Assembly: GCA_964534235.1 (NCBI GenBank)
Contig: CAZHOT010000018.1
Span: forward strand, 2,019 to 66,018
Direction: 5' to 3'
Length of the DNA stretch: 64,000 bases
Source of the DNA: an uncultured Marinilabiliaceae bacterium
GTDB lineage: Bacteria > Bacteroidota > Bacteroidia > Bacteroidales > Marinilabiliaceae
The notes beneath the pieces are model-generated. The model made no database searches. It was not told where the DNA came from and saw only the letters and a program-made list of their open reading frames with translations. How positions within the stretch are numbered: position 1 is the stretch's first letter; every line of letters starts with the position of its first letter. Made by a program: the position numbers and the translations under genes. This document shows, one piece after another, positions 26,976-38,151 of the stretch.

Positions 26976-27194
26976 TTATTTGTAGCGATATGAGATACGG
27001 CCCTTTGTGAGGTCGTACGGCGAAATCTCGACCTTGACCCTGTCTCCGGGCAATATTTTGATGTAGTTCATGCGCATCTTGCCCGAAATGTGGGCGGTGA
27101 TGACATGACCGTTCTCCAGCTCCACCCTAAACATCGCGTTAGAGAGAGCCTCCTTGATGACACCGTCTTGCTCTATAGAGGACTGTTTCGGCAT
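26976..27194 (-). CDS. infA: Translation initiation factor IF-1
   Basis: Contains [41 protein letters not shown]. Confidence 0.97.
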   Translation of the reverse strand: MPKQSSIEQDGVIKEALSNAMFRVELENGHVITAHISGKMRMNYIKILPGDRVKVEISPYDLTKGRISYRYK

Positions 27195-27216
27195 ACGACA
27201 CTTTTAAATTCGGACG

Positions 27217-27224
27217 CAAATATA
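27217..27224 (-). promoter_or_regulatory. -7 promoter box TATATTTG upstream of infA (second copy at 27245-27252)
   Basis: Two exact TAnnTTTG matches lie between the secY-distal hairpin and the infA ATG. Confidence 0.4.
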
Positions 27225-27260
27225 GCACAACAAGCTCTATCTGACAAATATAGAGTTTGT

Positions 27261-27303
27261 CAAAATGACTCCCCGCCACAACCCTAAGGCCGCAGGCGGG
27301 GAG
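27261..27303 (-). terminator. Hairpin/possible attenuating terminator between secY and infA
   Basis: On the minus strand, a 9-bp stem CTCCCCGCC/GGCGGGGAG with a 17-nt loop is followed by TCATTTTG. Confidence 0.4.
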
Positions 27304-27314
27304 CTATCTGAATA

Positions 27315-28661
27315 TCATCGCGCCGATGTCCCAAACGAGCGACCCATGATCCGGCCGGACTTCATCAGCCCGTCGTAGTGCCGCATGAGCAGGTGGCTCT
27401 CTATTTGCTGCAGCGTGTCGAGGACGACGCCGACAAGGATTAGGAGCGAAGTGCCGCCATAGAACTGCGCGAACGACGCCTCAACACCGGCTATGGTTGC
27501 GAAAGCAGGGAGGATTGCGACGATGGCGAGCATGACCGACCCAGGGAGGGTTATGCGCGACATCACAGTGTCGATGAACTCCGCCGTCTTCTTGCCGGGC
27601 TTGACACCCGGGATGTAGCCGTTGTTCCTCTTCATGTCCTCGGCCATCTGCTGCGGATTGATTATCAGCGCAGTGTAGAAGTAGGTGAAGAGGACGATGA
27701 GGAGGGCGAACGTGAAGTTGTACCAAAAGCCCGTGAAGTCGGAGAACGTCGAGACAAACCCTTGCGAACCCTCCTGGTCGACGAAGCCGGCGAAAGTGAC
27801 CGGCAGGAACATGAGAGCCTGCGCAAAGATGATAGGCATGACATTCGCGGCGTTAATCTTCAGGGGAATGTACTGACGCACACCACCATACTGCTTGTTG
27901 CCCTCAATCCTCTTGGCATACTGGACGGGAATCCGCCTAGTGGCCTGCACCAGGGCGATGGTCCCGACGAAGACGAAGAAGAGGACAACAAACTCGATGA
28001 GCAACGCCACAAGGCCACCGTCCTGGTTGTTGACCGAGAGCTTGTTAGCAAACTCGGCCACAAGGGAGTGGGGAAGCCGCGCGATGATGCCCACCATGAT
28101 TATGAGCGAAATGCCATTGCCGATGCCTCGGTCCGTAATCTTCTCGCCGAGCCACATGACGAACATCGTCCCGGCGGTGAGGATTATGGTGCTGGCGACA
28201 GTGAAGAACGCCCTGTCCATGGAGAAAGCCTCGGCAGGGAGCTGATAGTAGAGATTGGCGATATAGGCGGGAGCCTGCAGGAGCAGAATCACGACAGTAA
28301 GCAGACGAGTAATCTGGTTGATTTTGTTACGTCCACTCTCACCATCTCTCTGAAGCCTCTGGAAATAGGGGATGACCATACCGAGGAGCTGGACCACAAT
28401 CGACGCCGATATGTAGGGCATGATCCCGAGACCGAGAATCGACGCATTGGAGAACGCGCCGCCGGAGAACATATCGAGCAGACCCATGACACCCCCGCTA
28501 GTCTGACTTTGGAGGTTGGCAAGCGAGTTGGGGTTGACACCAGGGAGAACGACGAAAGAGCCCAAACGATAAACCAACAGGAATCCTAACGTAGTTAGGA
28601 TCCTGTTTTTCAGTTCATCGATTTTCCAGATGTTGCGAATGGTTTCGACCAGTTTCTTCAT
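27315..28661 (-). CDS. secY: Preprotein translocase subunit SecY
   Basis: 448 aa, 10 TM. The start and core are MKKLVETIRNIWKIDELKNRILTT...GIMPYISASI. Confidence 0.97.
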   Translation of the reverse strand: MKKLVETIRNIWKIDELKNRILTTLGFLLVYRLGSFVVLPGVNPNSLANLQSQTSGGVMGLLDMFSGGAFSNASILGLGIMPYISASIVVQLLGMVIPYFQRLQRDGESGRNKINQITRLLTVVILLLQAPAYIANLYYQLPAEAFSMDRAFFTVASTIILTAGTMFVMWLGEKITDRGIGNGISLIIMVGIIARLPHSLVAEFANKLSVNNQDGGLVALLIEFVVLFFVFVGTIALVQATRRIPVQYAKRIEGNKQYGGVRQYIPLKINAANVMPIIFAQALMFLPVTFAGFVDQEGSQGFVSTFSDFTGFWYNFTFALLIVLFTYFYTALIINPQQMAEDMKRNNGYIPGVKPGKKTAEFIDTVMSRITLPGSVMLAIVAILPAFATIAGVEASFAQFYGGTSLLILVGVVLDTLQQIESHLLMRHYDGLMKSGRIMGRSFGTSAR

Positions 28662-28667
28662 CTGTCA

Positions 28668-29150
28668 CTAGTTTTCTGCCACCTCTGGCTTTCTCTTGCC
28701 TTTGCTCAGCACCTCCGTGGAGCCGCCGGCGGCGGCGATGGCCTCGGCCGCCTTCTTGGAGAAGGCGTGAGCCTTGACGACGAGCTTGGCCTTGAGCTCC
28801 CCATTGGCGAGAATCTTCACGAAGTCGTTCTTGGAGACCATGCCAAAATTGCGGAGCACCTCCGGGGTGATCTCATCGACCCCACCCCTCTCGGCAATCT
28901 CCTGCAACGTGGAGACGTTGATAGCCTTATACTCAATCCTGTTGGGACACTTGAAGCCGAACTTCGGCAGACGACGCTGCAGTGGCATCTGTCCACCCTC
29001 GAAACCGAACTTCCTCTTATATCCGGACCTGGACTTGGCGCCTTTGCTACCACGGGTAGACGTGCCTCCCCGGCCAGAGCCCTCGCCACGTCCCAAACGC
29101 TTGTCGTGATGTGTGGAGCCGTAGGCAGGCTTCAAATTGCTTAAATCCAT
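28668..29150 (-). CDS. rplO: 50S ribosomal protein L15
   Basis: Contains MDLSNLKPAYGSTHHDKRLGRGEGSGRGGTSTRG. Confidence 0.96.
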   Translation of the reverse strand: MDLSNLKPAYGSTHHDKRLGRGEGSGRGGTSTRGSKGAKSRSGYKRKFGFEGGQMPLQRRLPKFGFKCPNRIEYKAINVSTLQEIAERGGVDEITPEVLRNFGMVSKNDFVKILANGELKAKLVVKAHAFSKKAAEAIAAAGGSTEVLSKGKRKPEVAEN

Positions 29151-29167
29151 GATATGAACTAGGTCAA

Positions 29168-29353
29168 TTAATTGTTTACAGATTCAACCTTGACAAGGTG
29201 GTGCACCTTGGCAATCATGCCGCGGATGGAGGCGTTGTCCTCCTTGACGACGGAGTGGTTGAGTTTACGTATGCCCAGTGCTACGAGGACTTTCCTCTGG
29301 CAAGCCGGCCTGTTGATGATGCTCCTGACTTGGGTAATCTTGATCTGTGCCAT
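29168..29353 (-). CDS. rpmD: 50S ribosomal protein L30
   Basis: Contains [30 protein letters not shown]. Confidence 0.95.
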   Translation of the reverse strand: MAQIKITQVRSIINRPACQRKVLVALGIRKLNHSVVKEDNASIRGMIAKVHHLVKVESVNN

Positions 29354-29364
29354 TGCCGAGAGTT

Positions 29365-29883
29365 TTAGCCGTTAAACACTTTGTCCATCGAGATGCCGCG
29401 CTGCTGCGCAATGGTGTAGGCGTCGCGGAGCTCGCACAGGCCCATGATTGTGGCCTTGACGAGGTTGTGGGGGTTGGACGACCCCCTCGACTTTGCGAGG
29501 ATGTCGCGGACACCCGCCGTCTCGAGGACGGCGCGCATGGCGCCGCCGCACGTCAGACCAGTACCCTTGGAGGCAGGCCTCATGAAGACCTTGGAGCCGC
29601 CGAAGCGGAACTCGACCTCGTGAGGCAGCGTGCCGTTGACGATGGCGACGCGGACGAGGTTCTTCTTGGCTGCCTCGGTAGCCTTGGAGATGGCCGAAGT
29701 GACCTCGCCGGCCTTGCCCAGGCCCATCCCGATGACTCCCTTGCCGTCGCCAACGACGACGATGGCGGCGAAAGTGAAGGCACGACCACCCTTGGTCACC
29801 TTGGTGACGCGGTTGAGAGCCACCAGGCGGTCTTGCAACTCCAAATCGTTGAGATTTCTTACCCTGTTGATGTTATCTGCCAT
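29365..29883 (-). CDS. rpsE: 30S ribosomal protein S5
   Basis: Contains [33 protein letters not shown]. Confidence 0.97.
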   Translation of the reverse strand: MADNINRVRNLNDLELQDRLVALNRVTKVTKGGRAFTFAAIVVVGDGKGVIGMGLGKAGEVTSAISKATEAAKKNLVRVAIVNGTLPHEVEFRFGGSKVFMRPASKGTGLTCGGAMRAVLETAGVRDILAKSRGSSNPHNLVKATIMGLCELRDAYTIAQQRGISMDKVFNG

Positions 29884-29888
29884 CGGAA

Positions 29889-30239
29889 CTAGAATTTAAG
29901 ACCGGCCTCGCGAGCCGCGTCGGCCAAAGATTGTACACGTCCGTGATAGAGGTAGCCGTTGCGGTCGAAGACGACTTTGGTGATGCCTGCCTCGATTGCG
30001 GCAGCCCCTACGAGCTTGCCCACAGCTGCGGCCTGCTCAACCTTGTTGCCGGAGAAGTCCGTGAGGTTCTTCGACGAGCGCGCCAAGAGCGTGCGCCCCG
30101 CCTGGTCGTCGACCAACTGGACGTAAATCTGCTTGTTGCTACGGAAGACCGACATACGCGGGCGCTCGGCGGTGCCATTAACCTTGCCGCGGATGCGCCT
30201 CTTAATCTTTAAGCGCCTTGCTATTTTAGAAAAAGCCAT
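29889..30239 (-). CDS. rplR: 50S ribosomal protein L18
   Basis: Contains [20 protein letters not shown]...[21 protein letters not shown]. Confidence 0.96.
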   Translation of the reverse strand: MAFSKIARRLKIKRRIRGKVNGTAERPRMSVFRSNKQIYVQLVDDQAGRTLLARSSKNLTDFSGNKVEQAAAVGKLVGAAAIEAGITKVVFDRNGYLYHGRVQSLADAAREAGLKF

Positions 30240-30250
30240 TGTCAGAGAGT

Positions 30251-30808
30251 TTAAGAGTTAGCCTTGGCAGACTTGCCAGCCTTGCGGCGAATCTGCTCGC
30301 CAACGAACTTGATGCCCTTGCCCTTGTACGGCTCAGGCATGCGGAACGAGCGGATCTTGGCGCAGACCTGACCGAGGAGCTGCTTGTCGGCAGACTCAAG
30401 AGTGATGATGGGGTTGCTCTTGCGGTCCATGACGGCCTCGACCTTGACCTCCTTGGGGAGCTGGATGTAGACGCCGTGGGAGAAGCCGAGCGCAAGCTCG
30501 AGGATGTTGTTCTGAGCCACAGCCCTGTAGCCGACACCGACAAGCTCCAGCTTCTTGGTGTAGCCCGTCGAGACGCCGACGACCATGTTGTTGACGAGGG
30601 CGCGGTAGAGGCCGTGGAGCGAACGTTGCTCCTTCTCGTCGGACGAACGGGTGAAGAGCAGCTTGCCGTCCTCGACCTTGACGCCTATCGAGGCGTCGAC
30701 CTGCTGCGAAAGCTCGCCCTTGGGGCCCTTGACAGTGACGAGGTTGTCCTTAATATCCACACTGACACCGGCGGGGATTACCACCGGGAGTTTTCCAATT
30801 CTTGACAT
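30251..30808 (-). CDS. rplF: 50S ribosomal protein L6
   Basis: Contains [33 protein letters not shown]. Confidence 0.97.
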   Translation of the reverse strand: MSRIGKLPVVIPAGVSVDIKDNLVTVKGPKGELSQQVDASIGVKVEDGKLLFTRSSDEKEQRSLHGLYRALVNNMVVGVSTGYTKKLELVGVGYRAVAQNNILELALGFSHGVYIQLPKEVKVEAVMDRKSNPIITLESADKQLLGQVCAKIRSFRMPEPYKGKGIKFVGEQIRRKAGKSAKANS

Positions 30809-30826
30809 TGCGTTTACCTCCTCACT

Positions 30827-31225
30827 TTAGTAGATGTAACACAGAACCTCGCCGCCAACTTTCTCTGCCCTGGCCTCCTTGTCGGTCAAGACGCCCTTGG
30901 ACGTCGAGACGATAGCGATGCCGAGACCATTGATGACGCGGGGAATCTCGCGGTAGCCGACGTAGCTGCGCAGGCCCGGTGTAGAGACGCGCTTGAGCAT
31001 CCTGATGGCCGGTGCATTGCTCTTGGGGTCGTACTTGAGAGCAATCTTGATGACACCCTGCTTGTTGTCATCGACGAACTTGTAGTTAAGAATATAACCC
31101 TTCTCGAAGAGAATCTTGGTCATATCTTTCTTCAAGTTTGAAGCCGGAATCTCCACGACTCTGTGCTTCGCAAGGATGGCATTCCTGATTCGCGTCAGGA
31201 AGTCCGCTATGGGATCTGATACCAT
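30827..31225 (-). CDS. rpsH: 30S ribosomal protein S8
   Basis: Starts [21 protein letters not shown] and ends GGEVLCYIY. Confidence 0.97.
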   Translation of the reverse strand: MVSDPIADFLTRIRNAILAKHRVVEIPASNLKKDMTKILFEKGYILNYKFVDDNKQGVIKIALKYDPKSNAPAIRMLKRVSTPGLRSYVGYREIPRVINGLGIAIVSTSKGVLTDKEARAEKVGGEVLCYIY

Positions 31226-31293
31226 ATAAGTAAAGAAAAGTTTAAATTAATCTTGGCACGCCAAGACAATATTTAACACTTAAAAATAATTGA

Positions 31294-31563
31294 CTACCAG
31301 CTAGCCTTCTTGACGCCGGGGATGAGACCCTGCGACGCAAGGATACGAAACTCGATACGCGAGATGCCGAACTGACGCATATAGCCTCTCGGACGCCCGG
31401 AAATCATGCACCTGTTGTGCAGACGCGTGGGGCAGGAGTTCTTCGGCAGGTCCTGCAAAGCCTCGTAGTTGCCCTCGGCCTTGAGTTGCTTGCGCTTCTC
31501 AGCGTATTTGGCCACCATCATGGCCCTCTTGCGCTCGCGGGCTTTCATTGATTCTTTTGCCAT
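31294..31563 (-). CDS. rpsN: 30S ribosomal protein S14
   Basis: Contains [13 protein letters not shown]...[27 protein letters not shown]. Confidence 0.96.
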   Translation of the reverse strand: MAKESMKARERKRAMMVAKYAEKRKQLKAEGNYEALQDLPKNSCPTRLHNRCMISGRPRGYMRQFGISRIEFRILASQGLIPGVKKASW

Positions 31564-31578
31564 ACAGCTTCAGACTGA

Positions 31579-32148
31579 TTAATTATTTTTCTGCTTGAAG
31601 GGGATCCCGAAAGCCTTGAGGAGGGCGTAAGCCTCGGCGTCAGACCCGGCAGAAGTAACAAAGGTAATATTCATGCCTTGAATTTTGGCGACCGTGTCGA
31701 GATTAATTTCGGGGAAGATAATCTGCTCGGTGATGCCAAGGGTGTAGTTGCCGCGCCCGTCGAGCTTGCCCTCGACGCCCTTGAAGTCGCGGATTCGCGG
31801 CAGGGAGATGCGGATGAGCCTCTCAAGGAACTCATACATCTTGTTCCTGCGGAGCGTCACCTTGACACCGATTGGCGTGTTCTTGCGAAGCTTGAAGCCG
31901 GCAATGTCCTTGCGCGACTTGGTCTCGATGGGTTGCTGCCCGGAGATGAGCGCCATCTCCTTTTTGGCGATCTCGATGATCTTCTTGTCTTGCGTAGCCT
32001 CGCCCAGGCCCTGATTGAGGACAATCTTCTCAATCTTGGGGCACTGCATGACGGAGGAGTAGTTGAACTCCTTCATGAGCTGGGGGACGATTTGCTCCGT
32101 GTAGAACTTCCTGAGGGAAGGTTCGAGGGCGTTGTTAAGCTCAGCCAT
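31579..32148 (-). CDS. rplE: 50S ribosomal protein L5
   Basis: Contains [15 protein letters not shown]...[11 protein letters not shown]. The start overlaps the rplX stop by 1 nt. Confidence 0.96.
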   Translation of the reverse strand: MAELNNALEPSLRKFYTEQIVPQLMKEFNYSSVMQCPKIEKIVLNQGLGEATQDKKIIEIAKKEMALISGQQPIETKSRKDIAGFKLRKNTPIGVKVTLRRNKMYEFLERLIRISLPRIRDFKGVEGKLDGRGNYTLGITEQIIFPEINLDTVAKIQGMNITFVTSAGSDAEAYALLKAFGIPFKQKNN

Positions 32149-32468
32149 TATTTAATCTCCTCGCCTGATTTTTTAGAGTATCTAACAGATTTGCCTTCGT
32201 CGTTCTTGCGCCTCCCGATTCGGGTTGGCAGCCCAGTCTTGGGGTCCTTGACGTTAAGGTTGGAGATGTGGATCGCCGCCTCCTTCTTAACGATTCCGCC
32301 CTGGGGGTTGGCAGCAGAGGGCTTGGTAGCCTTGCTGACAATGTTGACCCCCTCGACGATGGCGCGTTGCTTCTTGGGGTCGACGGAGAGGACTTTGCCC
32401 TCCTTGCCCTTGTCGTCGCCACAGTTGACTATGACGACATCGCCTTTCTTGATATGCAGTTTAGCCAT
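32148..32468 (-). CDS. rplX: 50S ribosomal protein L24
   Basis: Starts [29 protein letters not shown]. Internal ATG at 32468 chosen because the longer ORF overlaps rplN. Confidence 0.95.
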   Translation of the reverse strand: MAKLHIKKGDVVIVNCGDDKGKEGKVLSVDPKKQRAIVEGVNIVSKATKPSAANPQGGIVKKEAAIHISNLNVKDPKTGLPTRIGRRKNDEGKSVRYSKKSGEEIK

Positions 32469-32484
32469 TGCCTTGCGTAGTGAA

Positions 32485-32850
32485 TTAGATAACCTCCGGA
32501 GCCAACGAAACAATCTTCATGTAGCCGTCGCGGAGCTCTCGCGCCACTGGGCCGAAGATACGCGTGCCCCTCAACTCTCCGGCGTTGTTGAGCAGGACGC
32601 AAGCGTTGTCGTCAAAACGGATGTAGGAGCCGTCGGGGCGCCTCACCTCCTTTTTCGTCCTGACGATGACCGCCTTGCTGACCGTCCCCGCCTTGATGTC
32701 GCTCGACGGGATGGCGTCCTTGACAGTGACGACAATCTTGTCGCCAATGGAGGCGTAGCGCCTGAAAGAGCCTCCCAGGACGTGGATGCAAAGGACTTCT
32801 TTCGCTCCGCTGTTGTCGGCAACAGCAAGCCTGGATTCTGTCTGTATCAT
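32485..32850 (-). CDS. rplN: 50S ribosomal protein L14
   Basis: Contains [27 protein letters not shown]. Confidence 0.97.
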   Translation of the reverse strand: MIQTESRLAVADNSGAKEVLCIHVLGGSFRRYASIGDKIVVTVKDAIPSSDIKAGTVSKAVIVRTKKEVRRPDGSYIRFDDNACVLLNNAGELRGTRIFGPVARELRDGYMKIVSLAPEVI

Positions 32851-32853
32851 TGT

Positions 32854-33111
32854 TTACTTAGCCTTTTCGACGATTCTAACCAGTCTCCACCTCTTAGTCT
32901 TGCTCAGAGGGCGAGTCTCCATGAGCTCGACGGAGTCGCCGATGTGCGCCTCCTCGTTCTCGTCATGCGCATGCAGCTTCTTCGTCCTCTTGACGAACTT
33001 GCCGTAGAGCGGGTGCATCTTGCGCTCCTCGACGGCCACGACGATGGATTTCTGCATCTTGTCGCTCACGACAACACCGATGCGCACTTTCCTGCGGTTC
33101 CTTTCTTCCAT
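32854..33111 (-). CDS. rpsQ: 30S ribosomal protein S17
   Basis: Contains [45 protein letters not shown]. Confidence 0.96.
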   Translation of the reverse strand: MEERNRRKVRIGVVVSDKMQKSIVVAVEERKMHPLYGKFVKRTKKLHAHDENEEAHIGDSVELMETRPLSKTKRWRLVRIVEKAK

Positions 33112-33119
33112 CTCCGGTC

Positions 33120-33317
33120 TTATTTTGCAGAGTTGTTCTTCTCGGTAAGGATGGTCATCAGCCTTGCGATGTCCTTACGCATTTTCTTGATTTTCATGGG
33201 GTTCTCAAGCGGAGAAGTAGCGTTGTCGATTCTGAGCTTCTGAAGCTCGAGCCTCGATGCTGCGATTTTCTCCTCAATCTCTGAGACAGAGAGAGCCCTT
33301 ATCTCCGATGCCTTCAT
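33120..33317 (-). CDS. rpmC: 50S ribosomal protein L29
   Basis: Starts [32 protein letters not shown] at 33317 chosen because the longer ORF overlaps rplP. Confidence 0.93.
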   Translation of the reverse strand: MKASEIRALSVSEIEEKIAASRLELQKLRIDNATSPLENPMKIKKMRKDIARLMTILTEKNNSAK

Positions 33318-33324
33318 ACGGTCA

Positions 33325-33762
33325 CTAAGCGTTAGCAGATTCAACAAAGTCTCGGCGGACAATGAACTTGGTCTTGATCGGCAGCTTCTGCGCCGCGAGC
33401 CTCAGAGCCTCCTTGGCCACCTCCAGCGAGACGCCCTCGCACTCGAAAAGCACCATCCCGGGCTTGACGGGCGCGACGAACCCTGCGGGGTCGCCCTTAC
33501 CCTTACCCATACGGACATCGGCGGGCTTGCGGGTTATGGGCTTGTCGGGGAAGATGCGGATCCAGATCTGCCCCTCGCGCTGCATGTAGCGCGTGACGGC
33601 GATACGCGCGGCCTCGATCTGGCGCGCCGTGATCCAGAGCGTGCCGAGGGCCTTGATGCCGAAAGAGCCGAAAGCGAGCTCGGTGCCGCGGTGCGCTATG
33701 CCGACGTTCTTGCGCCGGCCGTCTTGCGGCCTTCTATATTTGACTCTCTTAGGTTGTAACAT
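33325..33762 (-). CDS. rplP: 50S ribosomal protein L16
   Basis: Contains [16 protein letters not shown]...[11 protein letters not shown]. Confidence 0.97.
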   Translation of the reverse strand: MLQPKRVKYRRPQDGRRKNVGIAHRGTELAFGSFGIKALGTLWITARQIEAARIAVTRYMQREGQIWIRIFPDKPITRKPADVRMGKGKGDPAGFVAPVKPGMVLFECEGVSLEVAKEALRLAAQKLPIKTKFIVRRDFVESANA

Positions 33763-33775
33763 CTCGAAAAATCAA

Positions 33776-34519
33776 TTAATGCTGCTGGTTGTTGTTCCTC
33801 CTTCTGCGCGGCCCGCGGTCTCCGCGGAAGCCATTGTCGCGGTCTCCCGCCTGCTTCTGCGTCTTGTCGATGATGGGCAGCGAGAGGTCGCGCTTGCCGT
33901 AGACCTCGCCTTTGCATATCCACACCTTGACGCCGATGACGCCCATCTTGGTGTGGGCCTCGGCGAGCGCGTAGTCGATGTCGGCACGGAAAGTGTGGAG
34001 CGGCGTGCGGCCCTCCTTGAACTTCTCGTGGCGCGTCATCTCGGCGCCGTTGAGGCGGCCGCAGACCTGGATCTTGATGCCCTCGGCCTGGTTGCGCATG
34101 GCGTTTGCCATAGCCATCTTGACGGCGCGGCGGTATGCCACACGTCCCTCAATCTTGCGCGCGATGTCGTTTGCCACAATCGTGGCGTCGCAGTCGGGGC
34201 GCTTGACCTCGTAGATGTTGATTTGCACCTCCTTGCCGGTAATCTTGACCAGCTCCTCCTTGAGCTTGTTGACAAGCTCGCCGCTCTTGCCGATGATAAG
34301 CCCCGGCTTAGCGGTGTAGACCGCCACGTTGACGAACTTGAGCGTCCTCTCGATGATTACTCGCGAGAGGCTGTTCTTGCTCAGACGCTCATAGATGTAG
34401 TTGCGAATCTTCCGGTCCTCGACAAGCTTCTCACCGAAGTTCTTGCCGCCATACCAAACGGAGTCCCAGCCACGGACGATGCCGAGCCTGTTGCTAATTG
34501 GATTAGTCTTCTGTCCCAT
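33776..34519 (-). CDS. rpsC: 30S ribosomal protein S3
   Basis: Starts [25 protein letters not shown] domain present. Confidence 0.97.
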   Translation of the reverse strand: MGQKTNPISNRLGIVRGWDSVWYGGKNFGEKLVEDRKIRNYIYERLSKNSLSRVIIERTLKFVNVAVYTAKPGLIIGKSGELVNKLKEELVKITGKEVQINIYEVKRPDCDATIVANDIARKIEGRVAYRRAVKMAMANAMRNQAEGIKIQVCGRLNGAEMTRHEKFKEGRTPLHTFRADIDYALAEAHTKMGVIGVKVWICKGEVYGKRDLSLPIIDKTQKQAGDRDNGFRGDRGPRRRRNNNQQH

Positions 34520-34524
34520 GACTC

Positions 34525-34938
34525 TTATTTCTCCTTGTTATCGGTAGGTTTGCTGTCGACAAAAATGGTGACGTGGTTGGAGCGCTTGAGGATGCGGTGC
34601 GCGCGGCCTTGCGGCGCCGGGCGCAGACGCTTGAGCATCCTCGCCGAGTCGACGAAGATGGTCTTGACGTAGAGGTTGGCCTCCTCGACGTTCTTGCCCT
34701 CGTTCTTCTGCTTCCAGTTGTCGATGGCCGAGAGAAGGAGCTTCTCCAGGGGCCTAGAGGAGACCTGCTTGGAGAACTTGAGGATGCCGAGCGCATGGTT
34801 GACCTCCTTGCCCCTGATGAGGTCGGCGAGGAGCCTCATCTTTCGCGGGGAGGTGGGGCAGTTGCGCAGGGAGGCGAAATATTGCGTCTTGCGCGCCTCC
34901 TTGATGGCATCCGCCATTATTCTTTTTCTTTTGCTCAT
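34525..34938 (-). CDS. rplV: 50S ribosomal protein L22
   Basis: Contains [27 protein letters not shown]. Confidence 0.95.
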   Translation of the reverse strand: MSKRKRIMADAIKEARKTQYFASLRNCPTSPRKMRLLADLIRGKEVNHALGILKFSKQVSSRPLEKLLLSAIDNWKQKNEGKNVEEANLYVKTIFVDSARMLKRLRPAPQGRAHRILKRSNHVTIFVDSKPTDNKEK

Positions 34939-34974
34939 TATTCTTTTGCTGAAAAGTGTTTCGACTAGCGACTA

Positions 34975-35241
34975 CTACTTGCGGTTGCCGCTGTGACCAC
35001 GGAACGTGCGTGTGAGCGCGAACTCACCGAGCTTGTGTCCGACCATGTTCTCCGTGATGTACACGGGGATGAACTTGTTGCCGTTGTGGACGGCGACAGT
35101 GTGGCCGACGAAATCTGGCGAAATCATGGAAGCCCTGGCCCAGGTCTTGATGACCGACTTTTTGCCGGACTCATTCATTGCCAAGATTTTCTTCTCGAGC
35201 TTGACGTTGATATATGGTCCTTTCTTTAAAGATCTGCTCAT
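34975..35241 (-). CDS. rpsS: 30S ribosomal protein S19
   Basis: Contains [18 protein letters not shown]...[29 protein letters not shown]. Confidence 0.97.
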   Translation of the reverse strand: MSRSLKKGPYINVKLEKKILAMNESGKKSVIKTWARASMISPDFVGHTVAVHNGNKFIPVYITENMVGHKLGEFALTRTFRGHSGNRK

Positions 35242-35261
35242 GATGGTACTAGGTTAGGCGG

Positions 35262-36086
35262 TTACTTTTTACGTCTCTCAATGATGTACTTCGACGACGG
35301 CTTCTTGGGAGCACGCGTCTTGTATCCCTTGGCGAGCAGACCCTTGCGAGAGCGCGGATGACCGCCAGAGGCGCGTCCCTCACCACCACCCATCGGGTGG
35401 TCGACCGGGTTCATTGCCACACCGCGGACACGCGGGCGCCGTCCGAGCCAACGAGAGCGCCCTGCCTTGCCAGACCTCTCGAGGGCGTGGTCGGAATTGC
35501 CGACGGCGCCGACAGTGGCCTTGCATGTGACGAGGATGAGGCGCGTCTCGCCAGAGGGCATCTTGATGACCGCATAGTTGCCATCACGGGCAGAAAGCTG
35601 AGCGAAAGAGCCGGCACTACGCGCGATGATGCCGCCCTGTCCGGGGCGCATCTCGATGTTGTGGATTATAGTGCCGAGCGGAATGGCGGAGAGGGGGAGC
35701 GCATTGCCTACCTCCGGGGCCACGTCCGCGCCCGAGCCGACGCTCTGACCGACCTGGAGCCCGTTGGGGGCAAGGATGTAGCGCTTCTCGCCGTCCTCAT
35801 AGACGAGCAGTGCGATTCGCGCGCTACGATTGGGATCGTACTGGATGGAATCGACGACTGCCGTTACACCGTCCTTATTTCTCTTGAAATCGATTACACG
35901 ATATTTCCTCTTGTGACCACCGCCGATGTGGCGGGCGGTCATCTTACCGGAGTTGTTTCGACCGCCGGTCTTCTTGAGAGGACGCAGCAAAGACTTCTCT
36001 GGCTTGCTTGACGTAATCGTATCAAACGTGCCAATAATCTTATTTCTCTGCCCTGGTGTGACGGGCTTTAACTTCTTAACTGCCAT
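35262..36086 (-). CDS. rplB: 50S ribosomal protein L2
   Basis: Contains [16 protein letters not shown]...GGGHKRKYR...HPMGGGEGR. Confidence 0.97.
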   Translation of the reverse strand: MAVKKLKPVTPGQRNKIIGTFDTITSSKPEKSLLRPLKKTGGRNNSGKMTARHIGGGHKRKYRVIDFKRNKDGVTAVVDSIQYDPNRSARIALLVYEDGEKRYILAPNGLQVGQSVGSGADVAPEVGNALPLSAIPLGTIIHNIEMRPGQGGIIARSAGSFAQLSARDGNYAVIKMPSGETRLILVTCKATVGAVGNSDHALERSGKAGRSRWLGRRPRVRGVAMNPVDHPMGGGEGRASGGHPRSRKGLLAKGYKTRAPKKPSSKYIIERRKK

Positions 36087-36092
36087 TTGATG

Positions 36093-36455
36093 CTAGATGT
36101 TGCTGTAAAAGTCGATGGTGTTGCCCTCTGCCAGAGTGACGATTGCCTTCTTGAAAGAGGGGACGCTACCGGAGATTACTCCCGCCTTTGTGTAGCGGTT
36201 CCTTTTCTTGGCCGGCGAGATGAGGGTGTTGACCTTGACGACCTTGACATCGTAGAGCTGCTCGACGGCCCTCTTGATGAGGGGCTTTGTAGCGCTCCTC
36301 TTGACAACGAAGCCGTATCGGTTGATGGACTTGCCAGCCAACTTCTCTGTGATCTTGGTCATCTTCTCAGTGACCAGGGGCCGTATGATGACCTCGGTCG
36401 TGTCGGGCTGCGCGGAGCCCAGTCCGAGGTTCTTCTTGATGAATCTTCTTCCCAT
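36093..36455 (-). CDS. rplW: 50S ribosomal protein L23 (with ~20-aa N-terminal extension)
   Basis: Contains IIRPLVTEKMTKITEK...YGFVVKRSATKPLIKRAVEQLY. The only in-frame ATG upstream of the conserved core is at 36455, 12 nt after the rplD stop. Confidence 0.9.
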   Translation of the reverse strand: MGRRFIKKNLGLGSAQPDTTEVIIRPLVTEKMTKITEKLAGKSINRYGFVVKRSATKPLIKRAVEQLYDVKVVKVNTLISPAKKRNRYTKAGVISGSVPSFKKAIVTLAEGNTIDFYSNI

Positions 36456-36467
36456 TTGTGCTAGAGA

Positions 36468-37097
36468 TTATTCGTTGACGGGCTCGAACTGCTTGAGGGC
36501 GCTCTCGAAGATGACGAGCGTCTTAGCCTTTAGGACACCATAGGTGTTGATGTCGGCCGCCGAGACAAGCTCAGTGCGCTGGAGGTTGCGCGCGGCGAGG
36601 TAGAGGTTCTTGTCGACACCGGGGAGGACGAGCAGCGAGCGCGTGCCCTCGGCGATGTTGAGGTTCTTCTTGAAAGCCACGTAGTCCTTTGTCTTGGGCG
36701 TCTCAAACGTGAAGTCCTCGACGACAAGGATGCTGTTCTCCTTTGCCTTGTACGACAGCGCGGAGACACGCGCCAGTTGGCGGAGCTTCTTGTTGAGCTT
36801 GAAAGAGTAGTTGCGGGGGCGGGGGCCGAAGACGCGTCCGCCGCCGACGAAGACCGGCGAGCGCAATGCGCCGGCGCGTGCGCCGCCTGTGCCCTTCTGC
36901 TTCTTGATTTTGCGCGTCGAGCCGGCAACCTCAGAGCGCTCCTTGGCCTTGTGGGTGCCCTGGCGCTGGTTGGCGAGGTAGAGCTTGACGTCGAGGTAGA
37001 TGGCGTGGTCGTTAGGCTCGACACCAAAAATAGCCTCGGGGAGAGTGACAGTCCTGCCCGTCTCCTTACCTTCCTTGTTTAAAACCTTGAGTTCCAT
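36468..37097 (-). CDS. rplD: 50S ribosomal protein L4
   Basis: Contains [33 protein letters not shown]. Confidence 0.96.
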   Translation of the reverse strand: MELKVLNKEGKETGRTVTLPEAIFGVEPNDHAIYLDVKLYLANQRQGTHKAKERSEVAGSTRKIKKQKGTGGARAGALRSPVFVGGGRVFGPRPRNYSFKLNKKLRQLARVSALSYKAKENSILVVEDFTFETPKTKDYVAFKKNLNIAEGTRSLLVLPGVDKNLYLAARNLQRTELVSAADINTYGVLKAKTLVIFESALKQFEPVNE

Positions 37098-37102
37098 TTG
37101 TT

Positions 37103-37720
37103 CTACTGCTCAATGATTAAGTAAGACCCCTTGCACCCCGGGACGGAGCCCTTGACGACGAGCAGGTTGTTCTCCGGGATGACCTTGATGACCTTGAGGT
37201 TCTCAATCTTCACTCGGTCGCAGCCCATGTGCCCGGCCATACGCATACCCTTGAAGACACGCGAGGGGTAGGACGAGGCGCCGACCGAACCAGGGGCGCG
37301 GAGGCGGTTGTGCTGGCCGTGCGTGGACTGCCCGACGCCGCCGAAGCCATGACGCTTGACGACGCCCTGGAAGCCCTTGCCCTTGGAGGTGCCGACGATG
37401 TCGACAAAGGAGTCCTCGGCGAAGATGTCCACGGTGACGGCATCTCCGAGGTTGAGCTCCTTGTCGAAGCCGGAGAACTCAACGAGCTTGCGCGCCGGAG
37501 CTATACCTGCCTTCTTGAAGTGCCCGAGCATGGGAGCAGTGGTGTGCTTCTCCTTCTTCTCGTCATAGGCCAGCTGAACGGCCTCATAGCCATCGGTCTC
37601 GATGTTCTTGATTTGCGAGACGTAGCATGGGCCAGCTTCGATAACAGTGCATGGGATGCTCTTCCCCTCGGCACTGAAAACGGAAGTCATTCCGATTTTC
37701 TTTCCAATTAAACCTGGCAT
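37103..37720 (-). CDS. rplC: 50S ribosomal protein L3
   Basis: Contains [15 protein letters not shown]...[19 protein letters not shown]. Confidence 0.97.
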   Translation of the reverse strand: MPGLIGKKIGMTSVFSAEGKSIPCTVIEAGPCYVSQIKNIETDGYEAVQLAYDEKKEKHTTAPMLGHFKKAGIAPARKLVEFSGFDKELNLGDAVTVDIFAEDSFVDIVGTSKGKGFQGVVKRHGFGGVGQSTHGQHNRLRAPGSVGASSYPSRVFKGMRMAGHMGCDRVKIENLKVIKVIPENNLLVVKGSVPGCKGSYLIIEQ

Positions 37721-37771
37721 TGATAAAAATAACAGTTATAAAGAACAGATAGTAAAAATCGGGTGTAGTCA

Positions 37772-38077
37772 CTACACCTTAATCTCAACTTCTACGCCAC
37801 TCGGCAACTGGAGGTTCATGAGGGCATCAATAGTCTTCGACGTGGAGCTATAGATGTCGATGAGCCTCTTGTGCGAGGAGAGCTGGAACTGCTCTCTCGA
37901 CTTCTTGTTGACGAAAGTGGACCGCAAGATAGTAAAAATTCTCTTATCGGTGGGCAGGGGTATGGGGCCGCTGACCACCGCGTCGGTAGCCTTTACTGTC
38001 TTGACAATCTTCTCGGCAGACTTGTCGACCAGATTGTGGTCGTAGGACTTGAGCTTGATTCTAATCTTCTGACTCAT
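37772..38077 (-). CDS. rpsJ: 30S ribosomal protein S10
   Basis: Contains [25 protein letters not shown]...GPIPLPT. Confidence 0.97.
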   Translation of the reverse strand: MSQKIRIKLKSYDHNLVDKSAEKIVKTVKATDAVVSGPIPLPTDKRIFTILRSTFVNKKSREQFQLSSHKRLIDIYSSTSKTIDALMNLQLPSGVEVEIKV

Positions 38078-38151
38078 TGGAGAATAAAGTTATTGTTATG
38101 AAAAGGGGGCGGGCTAAGAGTCATTCGCTAACCCGCCCCCAAGTTTTATGC

